This document shows, piece after piece, positions 50,584-62,985 of a stretch of DNA of 64,000 bases. The notes beneath the pieces were generated by a model, which saw nothing but the letters and a program-made list of their open reading frames with translations, was not told the DNA's origin and did not search any database. The position numbers and the translations under genes were made by a program. The stretch is from NCBI GenBank assembly GCA_030324005.1, contig JARDVH010000042.1:103126955-103190954 (forward strand). Direction: 5' to 3'. Position 1 is the stretch's first letter; each line of letters opens with the position of its first letter. The stretch comes from Negaprion brevirostris (Eukaryota).

Positions 50584-53500
50584 TGTTATGATGGACATGA
50601 GGGATCATCAACAGGTCTCCCTGTGGGCTTCGTAGAATAAAAGGTGCCTGATTAGGTGAGCGAAGAATCATCCAAGAGAGAAGGAACACTGGGCCATATA
50701 AAGCAATTGGCTCTACTCAGCCCAGCATTTGAAAGACTCAGGGCTGATCTGCACTCTGTAGCCACTGAACAGTATTTTGAACACACTGTAAATAAAGGGC
50801 GATGGTCACGGTAAGATTATTACATTGGCGCTGAGGAGTAAAACAAGTTTTTTTTCTTCCCTCTGGGCCATCTTTACTGTCAAGACAGTAATCCTCTGGT
50901 AAGAAAAATGCCTTTTTTGGATAAACTCGAAGCCTACGATGTAAGCACAGAAGACTGGACTCGATATGTAGAGCGCATGTTTTTTTTTGGGTTAACAATA
51001 TTGAGGGTGACTATTTGCAAGAAATAATCCTGTTGACGTCATGTGGGGGGTTCTGAGCTTCAGTGTAATAAGAAGCCTGACCTATCCTAACTCTATAAAC
51101 TTTAATGAATTGGTGGACTTGATTATGGGCTATTATGATTCGGAACTTTCCATAATATTCCAACGATACTGCTTGAACTTGGCAGGGCAAACCCCTGGGG
51201 AATTTGTTTGACCAGGTAATAAAATTGCCAGGGCATTGAGAATTCAGGCCACCCCTGAATGACATGTTATGGACAGTCCAAAAAAAAACTATTGGCAGAA
51301 CCCAATTTGGATCTGAAGTAGGCCATTAATATAGCTCTATCATTGGAGAATGCAAAGAAAGGAGGTCAGGAACTATCAGGGATGTCACCATAGTAGCGTC
51401 CTCTGATTGGGAGGGAATAAGTCTCACACAACATTTATCCTTCAACTGAGAAAGATCCCTTACAGCAGTGGAGTAAGCTGCATCACCAGACAATCAAGGA
51501 AGGTCAGGGACAGCCTTCAGACTGCTAGGGAGTACATTCCAGAAGGCCATAGATGCCTGACAGTGGTCCCAAATGATCCAGGAGAACACAAATGAGGCAA
51601 AGATATGGGGACGTTGAAAACACATGCTATTTCAAAAAATGGCCAAGGCCAGTACCGGACCATACCTTGCAGGTATGTCCAGAACCAGGAACAGGGTCAA
51701 TGAAATTAAACTGCATCTCTGCAACAAAATCTGCCCCTATAATATTAGAGTTCTTATTAAAAGACTACCCATTAAGAATGGAAGTGGATACAGGGGCTGC
51801 GGTCTCCGTCCTCGGCAAGCAGACTTATAATTTCGTTTGGGCGTTTATTCAGCTCCTGAACATAGAAAGCACAAAGGCCGGGCTGGCCACCTTCAGGGAG
51901 GAACCATTGCAAATAAAGGGTACAATGGTGACCCTAGTGACTTATAGGCAGCAGTCAGCTCAACCCTGACTCAGCCTAACCTTATGGGAGAGATTGGCTC
52001 CAACACACCAGACTGAACTGGCTGGAGATCTTCAGGCTGGGTGCAGAGGGCTATATGAAGTCATCAATAAGTATCCCAAAATCTTCCACAAAGGGCTTGG
52101 AAAAATAAGGGGAGCCAAAGCTTAAATCTACATTGACTCCATTGCTACACTTAAGTATTTTAGACTGACACCAGTTCCAAAGTAGACTCAGAACTGGAAT
52201 GCCTGTAAAGGTGGGCATAATAAGACCCATACAATTTGCAGAGAGGGTCTCACCTGTTCTTCCTGACCTGAAGCCGGATAAGTCAGTTTGACTTTGTGAA
52301 GACTATAAGCTTACTGTCAAGAGGGTTTCTAAACTTGACAGAAAACCCATGCTCTGGATTGAAAACCTGTATGTCAGGTTAACTGGAGACCAAATATTTT
52401 CAAAGTTGGCCATGAGCTACATGTATCTCCAACTTGAATTGGACAAGCCTTCCCAAAAGTGTGTGTCAATTAATATGTCCAAAGGCCTACACAAAAACAT
52501 GCACCTTATTTTTGGTTCTCATCTGCATCTCCATTTTTCAACAGGTCATAGGGAATATCTCCAAGGGTTGCCTCAGGTAACAATGTACCTGGACAGTGTC
52601 TTCGTCACAGGAATTTTGGAACACGAACACCTAGCAAAGCTCTAGAAGAGGCCTTGATATGATTATCAGAGGTCAAGGAATGGGCACTATGGAGCACAAT
52701 TTTTTCTGAAAAGGGATATGTTTTCTAAGAAAGTGCTCCGACTTATTTGGGCTATTGGGTGGAAGACAAGGTGAAGACCATTCAGGAGATGACAACTCCA
52801 AGGAACCCCACTGAATTGAAATCCTTCCTCGGTTTAATAGATTATTATGGAAGTTTATTCCTAATTCAGTTTCTATGCTGCCCGCTTTGCATGTCCTACT
52901 ACGGAAGTGCTCTTGGAGGACGCCTTAGTTGGAGACTTGCAACAGCATTAAACAATAACTTTTATCCTCTAATTTATTGACCCATTTTGACCTCAAAATG
53001 GACCTTCTCTTGACGTGCAATGCCTCCCACTATGGGATTGGGTTGGTACTGGGATATTTACTGGAGAAATGGATCAAAGGAGTGTATTGCATATGCATCT
53101 CAGACCCCTTTGGAGGTACTCCCAGATTAAGAAAGAAAAGTTGGAAGTTGTCTTCCACATTAGAAAATTCCATCATAGTATGATGCTTCATCATAGTAAC
53201 TGATCAAAAACCTTTTAAAGAAGACAAGGCAATACCCGCCCCCCCCACCCCACCATTGTCTCTGCGCGGATACAGTGTTGGGCCTTGTTATTGGCAGCTT
53301 TTGAATACTTCCTGAAGCACTGCTCTGGGCCTAGATAGCTAACTCTGATGCACAAAGTCATCTTCTGTTGCCCATAAGCCCAGCTTCACTACTTGCTGCG
53401 GAAGAGGTTGTGATGATCCTCAAATTTCCAGACACCTTACCAGTATTTGCAAGACAAGTCAAGGCCTGGACACAAACGGACCCAGTTCTATCTAAATTAA

Positions 53501-54652
53501 AACATATATATTACATTGGGCCTTCAGAGGACAGCCCTCAGATGAAATGACGCACCACTGGACAAAGAAAGACAAGCTCAGTATTGAGGGTGACCTCATG
53601 TATTTGTCCCTCAACCTGGATGACATTCATAGTCAGCTTGGTATTTCAAAGATGAAACTGCAAGCCAAAAGCTATGACTGGTGCTCTGGCTTTGATGCAG
53701 ACATTATTGACTTGGTCAGATAGTGTGAGTTAGAGAGTTCTGCCACTTCCCATGCTACCATCAAGAAACTAAAGTTTCTGCACACATGGGATACCTGTCT
53801 CTGACAAAGGCACTGCCTGTACTCGCACCGAGATTCAGACTTCCATGCTTTCCAATGGAATCAAACACATAAGGACAACATCCAATCACCCATCATTGAA
53901 TGGGCTAGCTGAATGAGCAGCGCAAACTTTTAACTTTGGCATGAAAAAGCAACCTGCCGCATCCAAGGAGACCAAATTGGCGCAATTTTTATTTGACTGC
54001 AGGAGTACCCCTCAAACATTGACAGGAATCGTCCCAGTGGAATTGTTAATGGGACAGAGGCTTCAGACAATATTAGACTGTTCCCAAACCTGGCACGGAT
54101 GGTGGAGTCCCTAAAAGAGAACCAGAAAAAGAACTATGATTCTGTAAGGGCAGAAAGAATGTTCAAAACTGGTGACCCAGTCCATGTGAGGAACTTTGGG
54201 TACCCAGGATTATAAGGTCCAAGTGCAGGGTAAAATTATCACGAAGCACATGGACCATCAGGAGTTCAGGCCTCTTACCACCTATGGGGATGATTGCTGC
54301 CAGTGTCAAGTCTTGAATGAAAGTCCACCCTCTGCCTGTCCCTCTGGGTGATGAGGACATGGATCCCGAAATGGAAGTGGAAGGGAACAATGCTCCCACT
54401 GAATCGAGATCTCAAGAAGAACCATGGTCAGTGGCTTTACAGGCTCCCTTTTGAATCAAAGGTCTCCCATCCACTTTGCATCCCCTGATCTGGTCCTGTC
54501 TCAAGTCAACCCAGTCAATCGCTAGCATCATCAAAGACCTGCCTGTGGTGGCAGTGTGGGAGAAAAACCTTGAGGGGGAGGGATGCTGTGGTGGCTATGG
54601 GGAATCGTCAATAGATCTTTCCATGGGCCTCATCGAATACAAGCTTCCCCAG
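50584..54652 (+). mobile_element. Gypsy LTR retrotransposon, near full length but decayed
   Basis: 5' LTR 50584-50824 (TG..CA); PBS-like tggcgctgagg; protease MEVDTGAAVSVL; RT FSKLAMSYMYLQLELD...YLDSVFVTG; RNase H LTCNASHYGIGLVL; integrase remnants; PPT gagggggaggga; 3' LTR from 54584 runs into a gap. Confidence 0.9.
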
Positions 54653-54834
54653 NNNNNNNNNNNNNNNNNNNNNNNNNNNNNNNNNNNNNNNNNNNNNNNN
54701 NNNNNNNNNNNNNNNNNNNNNNNNNNNNNNNNNNNNNNNNNNNNNNNNNNNNNNNNNNNNNNNNNNNNNNNNNNNNNNNNNNNNNNNNNNNNNNNNNNNN
54801 NNNNNNNNNNNNNNNNNNNNNNNNNNNNNNNNNC

Positions 54835-55310
54835 TTTGTGCACAGCTCCAGCAGGAGGCACTGCCTAGAGGACATGGAAGGAGGGCATCAGCATCAATAG
54901 GAGCAGAGACCCAGACTGTGGAGATGACTGACAACACTGAGGGTCTATTGTCCATGAGTCTCCTTGCTACAAATGAGTGCGAGGCAGTGCAGGGTAAGAC
55001 TGCGATTGTCCAGAGGTCTGTCTGCCACTTGCTCTGAGTAGACCTGACACCAGGTAGGTTTGATGGCTTCTCCCTGCCAGAGGCAGTGAAGGTGATGGTA
55101 GCACACTATTTCATTGCCTCTGGATCTTTACAGGGAGCAGCTGGGACCCTGTGGGGCATTTCTCAGTCAGCAACACATCAGTGTATTCAGGAGGTGACCA
55201 ATGGCCTTCACAGGAGAACCCATCATGAGAACTTTCCTCTGGATGAGGATAGCCAGTCTCAGAGCTTCACCAGCTACGCAGCTATCAGGGCATTGGGATT
55301 CCCACCAGCA
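54835..55310 (+). mobile_element. Harbinger (HARBI1-like) transposase fragment
   Basis: VKVMVAHYFIASGSLQGAAGTLWGISQSATHQCIQEVTNGL matches the PIF/Harbinger HTH motif ALxFxASGSFQ...GISQS..H.CI..VT. Confidence 0.75.
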
Positions 55311-56104
55311 GTCTGAGAAGATCAGAGAATTGCCCCTCCTCATCTTTTGCCTCAATATGCATTCTATTGTGTGGAGCCCAAAACTGTGCGCACTAAAGGA
55401 AATGAGGAATTTTACTAAGGTTTCACATTGGGTCATCTTTTTTTTATGTTCCATATTTCTTGAGGCAAAATATTTTTACAACCTGCAGTATCAACAGATG
55501 ATACCATCATCCTTTAATCTGAGATTATTCTTTCCACTGCAGCCATTGGATTCCACTCTGTTGTCATATTGCTAACCTTCACTTTGGCTCTCTGTGGGAA
55601 TCTTCAACCTTTCCTATCCCAATAGGCAGCCAACGCCATGCTGCCTATGTAGTATTTTTCAGTGAAACATTGCTGCTAACAGACAAGGGAGCTTCCAGTA
55701 AACAAGATGTTGCAATATTAAAACCAGTTGTTACTTGGTATTTTAAGAACCATCTCGGTCGATTATCAATGGGTTCTAAAGTTTGACTCAGTCCACTTGT
55801 AGTATTAACTGTTTGCTGTGTGCTGTGCTTATATTTGACTCTCTTGTAACAGAAGTTCTTGAAATGGTGGGTGCAGTTAATGCAATTTCATCAAGCTGTG
55901 ATTTGTTAATATGTCCAGAAATTCAATTCACATTATTTATCTTTGCTTTAATTGGTGGTGTATCAAGTATCTCCCAAGGACAAATAGCGATGGACAGTAA
56001 ATAAATGTTGGACTTGCCAGCAACACCCATATCCTATAAATTATTTATTTTTAAAGTCACAGACACATTATGATTAGTTTGCTTAGAATCCTCAATTATC
56101 CAGT

Positions 56105-56820
56105 TAGAATCATAGAAGATTACAGTACAGAAGAGGCCATTCAGCCCTTCATGTCTGCACTGACGTGTGAAACATCTGACCTCCCTCCTAATCCTATTTG
56201 CCAGCATTTGGCAGATAACCTTGAATGTTATGACATGCTGAGTGTCATCCATGTGCTGCTTGGGAGATACCACCCTCAGAAGCAGCACATTCTAGACTGT
56301 CACCACCCTCTGAATAAAAATGTTTTTCTTCACATCCACTCCAAACCTCCTGCTCCTCATCTTGAACTTGTGTCTCCTCATAACTGACCCTTAACTAAGT
56401 GGAACAGCTACTCCTGATCCATTCTGTCCATGTTCCTCAATCTTGTACACCTCAATCAGATTGCCCTTCTGTCTTCTCTGCTCCAATAAAAACAACCCAA
56501 GCCTATCCCACCTGTCTTCATAGCTTAAACGTTCCACTCCAGGCAGCATCCTAGTCAATCTCTCCTGAACCTCATCCAGTGTAATCAAATCCTTCCAGTA
56601 ATCTGGTGACCAAAACTGCACAAAGTACTCTAGCTGTGGCCTCACAACTCCAACATGACTTCCCTGCTTTTATAATCTGTGCCTTGATTGATAAATGCAA
56701 GTATCCCATATGCCTTTTTCATCACCCTACTAACATGCCCTTCCATTTTCAGAGATCTATGGCCTAACACACCAAGGTCCCTTTATTCCACAGAACATCT
56801 TAGTGTTGTGCCTTTCATTG
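56105..56820 (-). mobile_element. CR1 LINE 3' fragment
   Basis: RPQLEYFVQFWSPDYWKD...QRRQKGNLIEVYKI (56391-56645, -); tail at 56105. Confidence 0.88.
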
Positions 56821-56910
56821 AACTTTAGTTTGAAGAATTATCCTGTGCCTTTCTCTAGATAAATTTGTAACATTCTAATTATCATTAAAGTATATATTGC
56901 AATTTTACAG

Positions 56911-57040
56911 ATTTGATCTCAAATGGTCTCATATAGAAATGGTGGAATCAGAGTACCAAGTTTGTGAAGATGTAGGATTGTTCTCTGTGAAAGTCCAACG
57001 GATTGGATACTCAATGGATTCTTCCTTTGTTGGCATAAAG
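56911..57040 (+). CDS. FREM1: FREM1 coding exon 14, start of Calx-beta domain
   Basis: ttttacag|A and AAG|gtaggt; [43 protein letters not shown]; 130 nt, phase 2 to 0. Confidence 0.94.
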
Positions 57041-57189
57041 GTAGGTCTTTCTCATTGCACCAAACTCAGAATATAATGTCTAGTATTAAGTATGATTCCA
57101 CTATGGACAGCACTTGCTCAACCATTTGTAGTGTGCTAAGAATTGTACTAACATCTTATTGCAGCTAATTTAAGATTATCAGTCAGAAG

Positions 57190-57324
57190 GCGATAGCCTA
57201 GTTGTATTTGCACTAGACTGTTAATCCAGAAACTCACCTGATGTTCTGGGGACCCGGGTTCGAATCTCACCACAGCAGATAGTGGAATTTAAATTCAATA
57301 AAAAATATCTGGAATTCAGAATCT
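57190..57324 (+). mobile_element. tRNA-derived SINE head (runs into gap)
   Basis: B box gggttcgaatc; same family as 29931-30295. Confidence 0.65.
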
Positions 57325-57759
57325 NNNNNNNNNNNNNNNNNNNNNNNNNNNNNNNNNNNNNNNNNNNNNNNNNNNNNNNNNNNNNNNNNNNNNNNNNNNN
57401 NNNNNNNNNNNNNNNNNNNNNNNNNNNNNNNNNNNNNNNNNNNNNNNNNNNNNNNNNNNNNNNNNNNNNNNNNNNNNNNNNNNNNNNNNNNNNNNNNNNN
57501 NNNNNNNNNNNNNNNNNNNNNNNNNNNNNNNNNNNNNNNNNNNNNNNNNNNNNNNNNNNNNNNNNNNNNNNNNNNNNNNNNNNNNNNNNNNNNNNNNNNN
57601 NNNNNTCCATATCCCATGGATTTTTAAAAAATCAGACTTGCAATATGGTTCACTCATTTGCAATGAAGCTAGAAGCTATACATTGGGACCTGTGCTCTGG
57701 AGATAAGAGGAACATGCCCAGACATGGCAACTTTTTAAAAATAAACAAGACCATGAGGG

Positions 57760-58700
57760 ACAATGACTTCCTGTTGCATTCTCTGTGGCTTTTGGAGGCC
57801 AATTATCTCAACATCAGGACATTGCTGCAGGAGCTTCTCAGGACAGAGTTCTAGGTCCAACTACCTACAGCTGCTTCATCGATGACCTTCACTTCATCCT
57901 GAGGTTTGGAGTGGGGATGTTCACTCCTAATTGCATTGTGTTCAGTCCCATTTGCAATTTTTCAGGTAAATAAACAGTCAATGCCTCAAAGCTTCAAGAT
58001 CTAGCTAACATTTAGGCTGGGGCTGGTAAGTGACAAGTAACATTCCCGCCTCACTAGTGACCACCTCAAACAAGAGATGAAATAACAATTGCTCCTTGAT
58101 ATTCAATAGCTTTACTGTTTTTGAATCATCCACCATCAGTATTTTGGGAGTTACCATTGACCAAAAATAGCTGGACCAGCCACATAAGAGCTACTGAAGC
58201 AGTTCAAGAGACTGGGAATTCTCTGCTCTTAACTCCCCAAAGCCTATGCATCATCTACAAGGCACAGGTCAGCAATGTGATGGAATATTCTCCATTTGCA
58301 GTGCAGCTCTAACACTAAAGAACAAAGCAGTCTACTGGATTGGCACTCCATCCAGCACTTTAAACGTTCACTCTCTGTACCACTGGCGCACAGTGACAGA
58401 AATGTGTACCACCTGTTTTGTACAATGCAGTAACTCACTAAGGTTGTTTCAACAGTCATTTCCCTGACAAGGCACAAGGAAAAACCACCATCTACAAATT
58501 CTTCTCCAAATCACAGTCCATCCTGAAGAGTTCCTTCACTATTATTTGGTCAAAATCGTAAAACTTTCCTCCTGACAGCACTGTACGTTTGTGTGTATCA
58601 CTTGAAGAAGGCAGGTCACCAACACCTTCATAAAGGCAACTACCATGGGCTATGAATATTGGCTTTTCCAGCTACACTCACATCCCATGACAAATAAAAT
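57760..58700 (+). mobile_element. CR1/L2-clade LINE 3' fragment, decayed
   Basis: QDIAAGASQDRVLGPTTYSCFIDDL and LTPQSLCIIYKAQVSNVMEYSP; same family as 37430-38660. Confidence 0.8.
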
Positions 58701-59487
58701 ACAGCTCTGAAGTTTAGCTTTGTCGCTTCCACAATTGATGATATCTCCCCCGGGCTCAACTTCTATCTCCCTCTCATAATCACTGACTTTCCTTTACCTC
58801 AAACATTGATCTCCAATGTCCTCTCTCCAACAATCAATGGTCACCCCAAATCCCAAACCCTAAATTCTATTCCCTCCCAGCACCCACTCCACCGTTTGTT
58901 GAGGACTGTACTCAAAGCTGCACACCTGTGACCTTCTACTACTCTCAGTTTGCTGTTGCTGGATAGAAAGTAGAAAAGAAGAAAAAAGTTACAATGGTCT
59001 GCCACAAGATTTGACTGAAATGCTGGCTGTGAACACCTCGCTGCCACTGCCAGCAAGAACGGAGAATTTGGTGCTCAGCCAAATCTCTCCTTGCTGCAGT
59101 GGGATTGGAGAATCCGAGCTGTGGATGAGGTTGGAGAATTTGGCCCATTGTGTCCTTTGCTTAACAGGTTAGCAGGCTACCAAATTCCTGAGCAACTCTT
59201 CCCCGCTCCCCAGTCAATATTGGGGTCTTGAATACTGATTTATTTTTCAAATATGCTCTGGAATGTTCATTCAAAAGCTAAACATCCAGATTCCCAGAAC
59301 CTGTACACATTCACCTTCATGGTCGATTGATTTTCTGATATATAACTGCTCCTGATTTCCATCACTCTGCTGATCTGATCAAGCTGATCCTCATTATTTT
59401 ATGTGGAAGTGCTGTCTATTAGACTTCTATATCTATTGATACATTTTCCTGTTGTTTATTATTCTGTCTACCTTCATTTCTGTTCAG

Positions 59488-59560
59488 GTTAATAGCATTT
59501 CAGCCTCTGTTGGAAAGGATTTTACTCACAGTTCTGCCAGCCTTATCCAGTTTGATCCAG
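59488..59560 (+). CDS. FREM1: FREM1 coding exon 15, Calx-beta
   Basis: tgttcag|GTT and G|gtaggc; VNSISASVGKDFTHSSASLIQFDP; 73 nt, phase 0 to 1. Confidence 0.93.
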
Positions 59561-60384
59561 GTAGGCAATAATTATTAAAGATGAAGAATGGAACTGCTGC
59601 TGCCTCAATGATACATTAGATACCATAGTGATTGGGAGTAATTGCTAGCACCTTCTGTTTGATATTATTGCAATGGCAGTTTCCAATCACAGGGAGACAC
59701 CAGATGGCAGGCAGCTGTTCAGAGAGATAAAGCTTGTAGCACATGTGCATTAAATGGGAGAAAGCATTGTCCCTTGGGATTTGTGCAGACTGGTGTCTAA
59801 TTAAGGAGGAGGGAGTTTGCCAGTGGGAAATGCACCATTAGATGTTGTATTGGGAGCAGAATTAATTGATCTCAATTCAGACAAACAAATAAGTATGTGT
59901 AGGTACAGTTTGGTTAAGAATATATGTCATGAAGACATGCTGCAAAATCAAAGGATCCTGGAATTGATTTTACAATCCATTAGTGTGGTCCTTCTGGCAA
60001 GGAAATTTCACTGAAACATCATTGCTGGCATGATTAGCTCAGCTCTGTTTCTACAAGAGGGGACAATTTTATGACTGTGTGCTGCTCATGCAGAACCTCA
60101 TTAACCAGAAAAGTGGATTGGGAAATCACAGTTCTATATCCCATCACTTTCCTTACATTGAAATCTCTGCCCACCAGGAATAGCTTTCTCATAGTCAGAT
60201 CTCTTGGTACGTGCTTTCAGTGGATGAGATTCTGGCCACGGAAAATGCATGTGAAAAATTGGCCCTCATCTTCAACACCATCCAATATAATTAAAATCTA
60301 AACTGTAAGATTTTCTTTTTAAAAAGTACTCGTTAGCAGCCTGTTATGTGTTTATTATAGTACAATATAGTTACACTCTGACAT

Positions 60385-60858
60385 TATAGAAATGTAGAAA
60401 ATGGAGCAATTTGGTCCTTTGAGCTTGCTCCACCATTCATTTTGATAATTGCTGATCATCAAATCTAATATCCTGATTCCCCCCCATATCCCTTGATCCC
60501 TTTAGCCCCAACTGCTATACCTATTTTTTTTCTTGAAATCACAAAATGTTTTGGTCTCAACTACTTTGTGTGGTAGTGAATTCCACACATTCACCACGCT
60601 CTGGGTGAAAAAAATTCTCCTCACCTCAGTTCTAAAAGGTTTACTCCTTATCCTCAAATTATGACCCCCAGTTCTGGATTCCCTCACCATCAGGAACATT
60701 CTTTCTGAATCTACCCTGTCTAATCCTGTTAGAATTTTATAATCTCACTCTTCCAATCTCCAGTGAATACAATCCTAACTAACTTAGTACCTCCTTATAT
60801 GACATGCCTGCCATCCCAGGAATCAGCCTGCACTCCCTTTATAGCAAGGACTACTCTT
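60385..60858 (-). mobile_element. CR1 LINE 3' fragment
   Basis: MFLMVRESRTGGHNLRIRSKPFRTEVRRIFFTQSVVNVWNSLP (60502-60699, -). Confidence 0.88.
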
Positions 60859-60891
60859 CCTACTATTCTGCTCCTATTTTTTTTTCTACAG

Positions 60892-61041
60892 GTGTGTCAG
60901 TAAGGATCTGGAATATAGTAATTACCAATGATGGGTTGGAAGAAAATGAGGAAACATTTGAAGTCTTACTTGCGTCACCAGTGAATGCTGTTCTTGGTGC
61001 CAAGACAAAAACTTTGGTCAAAATAATTGATGCAAGAGGAG
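60892..61041 (+). CDS. FREM1: FREM1 coding exon 16, Calx-beta
   Basis: tttctacag|GT and G|gtatag; GVSVRIWNIVITNDGLEENEETFEVLLASPVNAVLGAKTKTLVKIIDARG; 150 nt, phase 1-1. Confidence 0.94.
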
Positions 61042-61140
61042 GTATAGCACAAATGAGAAATTATCACATTGCATGAAGTCTCCTTCTCTAAGCGTATTAT
61101 CAACATTCATTATATTTCTACATTTTCTCTTGTATCACAG

Positions 61141-61388
61141 ATCATTGCAGTCTTAAAGTCTCTAACGATAGAAGTGAAGAGAATCCACCAGCCAAAGTTT
61201 TAAGAGGGAAACTGACTTCAGATTCCACAGCACTCCCAAAGCTTAAAACTGACCCTAGCCAGCTGGAAGAGTTGCCAGTCACTCACTTGAATGAAGAAGT
61301 GGAACAGCCTCGAGGAGATGTGCTTCAGGAGTTCCATCTAAAACCTCTTCCCAAGAAGAAACTAAGGGTAACTGGAAATGGAAAAATG
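61141..61388 (+). CDS. FREM1: FREM1 coding exon 17, linker with RGD
   Basis: tatcacag|AT and ATG|gtaggt after a 99-nt intron; open frame DHCSLKVS...EQPRGDVLQEFHLKPLPKKKLRVTGNGKM; 248 nt, phase 1 to 0. Confidence 0.88.
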
Positions 61389-61759
61389 GTAGGTAGCAAT
61401 TGAATGCAGTGTCCCTTTTGTGTGTTAAAATAGTGAGGATAAAAATTTTCAGATTTATTTTCAACAAGAGTGATGATGCTCCTACAACATAGGAGAAATT
61501 CTCATTTAGGATTCGGTTGGTGCATGCCATTCTCAGAACTGAGCCAGGACAACCCAGGAAGGAGCTGTGTTCAATTGCTTTTCTGTGGTCTGTTACCTCA
61601 TTCTAATTGGGCTGACAATGGGGTTCTATAATTGCCATTGGAAACCCTGGAAATATTGCCACATGTTATTGTTTTGGGAAATTCACATGAGGATTTTGCT
61701 TGAAGGTAAAACAAGATTGGATTTTGATGTCCTCAAGAAAGCTGTGCATTTATGTATGA

Positions 61760-62135
61760 CCACAGAGCATCATAAAGTGCTTCAAAGGCAATGGACTGAT
61801 ATTTGAAATGTAGTCACTGTTGCAATGAAAGAAGTGCTATAGACAATTTACAAACTCCTACAATTGTCAATGTGGTAATAACCAGATAACTTGTTTTCAA
61901 GTTTATCGAGAGATAAATATTGACCAAGACACTGAGGATAAGTCCCCTGTTTCAAAATAGGGCAATGGGATCTTTCACATCCACCAAAGATGGCTTGTTT
62001 TAACTTATCATTTGAAAGTTGGCAACTCTGACAGTACATTACTCTCTCAGTCCTGTATCTGCCTTGATTTTTGTGCTTTAGCTCTGGATTGGGAACTTTC
62101 TGGCAGTGAGACGAGATTGCTACACACTGAGCCAC
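61760..62135 (-). mobile_element. Deu-domain SINE (SacSINE1-like), decayed
   Basis: Minus strand reads tgtggctcagtgtgtagcaatctcg (head), gcacaaaaatcaaggc, gaaagatcccattgccctatttt...cttggtcaatatttatctctc (Deu-like core). Confidence 0.65.
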
Positions 62136-62644
62136 AATTGACAGATGCTGAGTACTTCCTGCTGAAGAAGGCAGTAAACACATCCCCATCCTTCGTAAAG
62201 TCTTAACTTTGAAACTAAGACTCTGTTCTTATAATCTCCTACTTAATGATTTCTGCACCATCTGCTAACATGTTATGCAGTACAATGGGAGTTGTAAGGC
62301 AATAAGAATTTAGTGTAGGTCCAGTTTATTTTTACAGGCAGCAATTCATTTTTACAAATTTGTTACTCCTAATGAGCTTTTTTGAAATGCTACTCTGTAG
62401 GAAGGCAGTCATCAACAAACAGTGAAGAATTTATTATGCAAGATATTATGCCTATGCAGAGATAAGGGTAAAATTCCTTTGTTGGCTAGTATTTTCCCAA
62501 TAGTTACTGCTTATAGTAGTTGTTTGCATATTAAATGCCACTCTTTGCTCCTTTAATCACAGACTTTAAAAATTGGGCTCTATCTGAGTACTGGGAAGCC
62601 CCACAGGGATTATCAGTACACCACTCTGATTAGTTGGCAGAGGA

Positions 62645-62985
62645 ATTTTTTCATTCATTCAAAGGATGTGGGCTTCACTGGCTAGGCCAGTATTCATTGC
62701 CCATCCCTAATTTCCCTTGAGAAGGTGGTGGTAAGCTGCCTACTTGAACTATGTAGTATAGATACACCCACAGTGCTGATTGGGAGGGAGTTTCAAGATT
62801 TTAACCTAGGAACAGTGAAGGGACTGCAATATATGTCCAAATCAGGGTGCTAAATGACTTGGAGGGAACTTCCAGGTGATGGTATTCCCATGTGTCCACT
62901 GCGCTCTTGTCCTTCTCAATGGTAGTGGTTGTGGGTTTGGAAGGCACTGCCTAACGAGGCTTAGTGAGCTTCTGCAGTGCAGAGG
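62645..62985 (-). mobile_element. CR1/L2-clade LINE 3' end
   Basis: Reverse complement of the 38330-38660 tail (attgcccatccctaa...cccttgagaaggtggtgg). Confidence 0.75.

Noticed and set aside
50584-54652. Active or domesticated Gypsy element
   Set aside because: Many stops and frameshifts, catalytic YLDD changed to YLDS, and diverged LTRs.
54835-55310. Host HARBI1 gene
   Set aside because: A short, disrupted intronic fragment lacking the catalytic region; this is a transposon remnant.
385-61388. Assignment to FRAS1, FREM2 or FREM3
   Set aside because: Many small CSPG exons followed by a single Calx-beta domain and the RGD...GNGK linker fit FREM1. FREM2/3 encode most CSPG repeats in one giant exon and have multiple Calx-beta domains.
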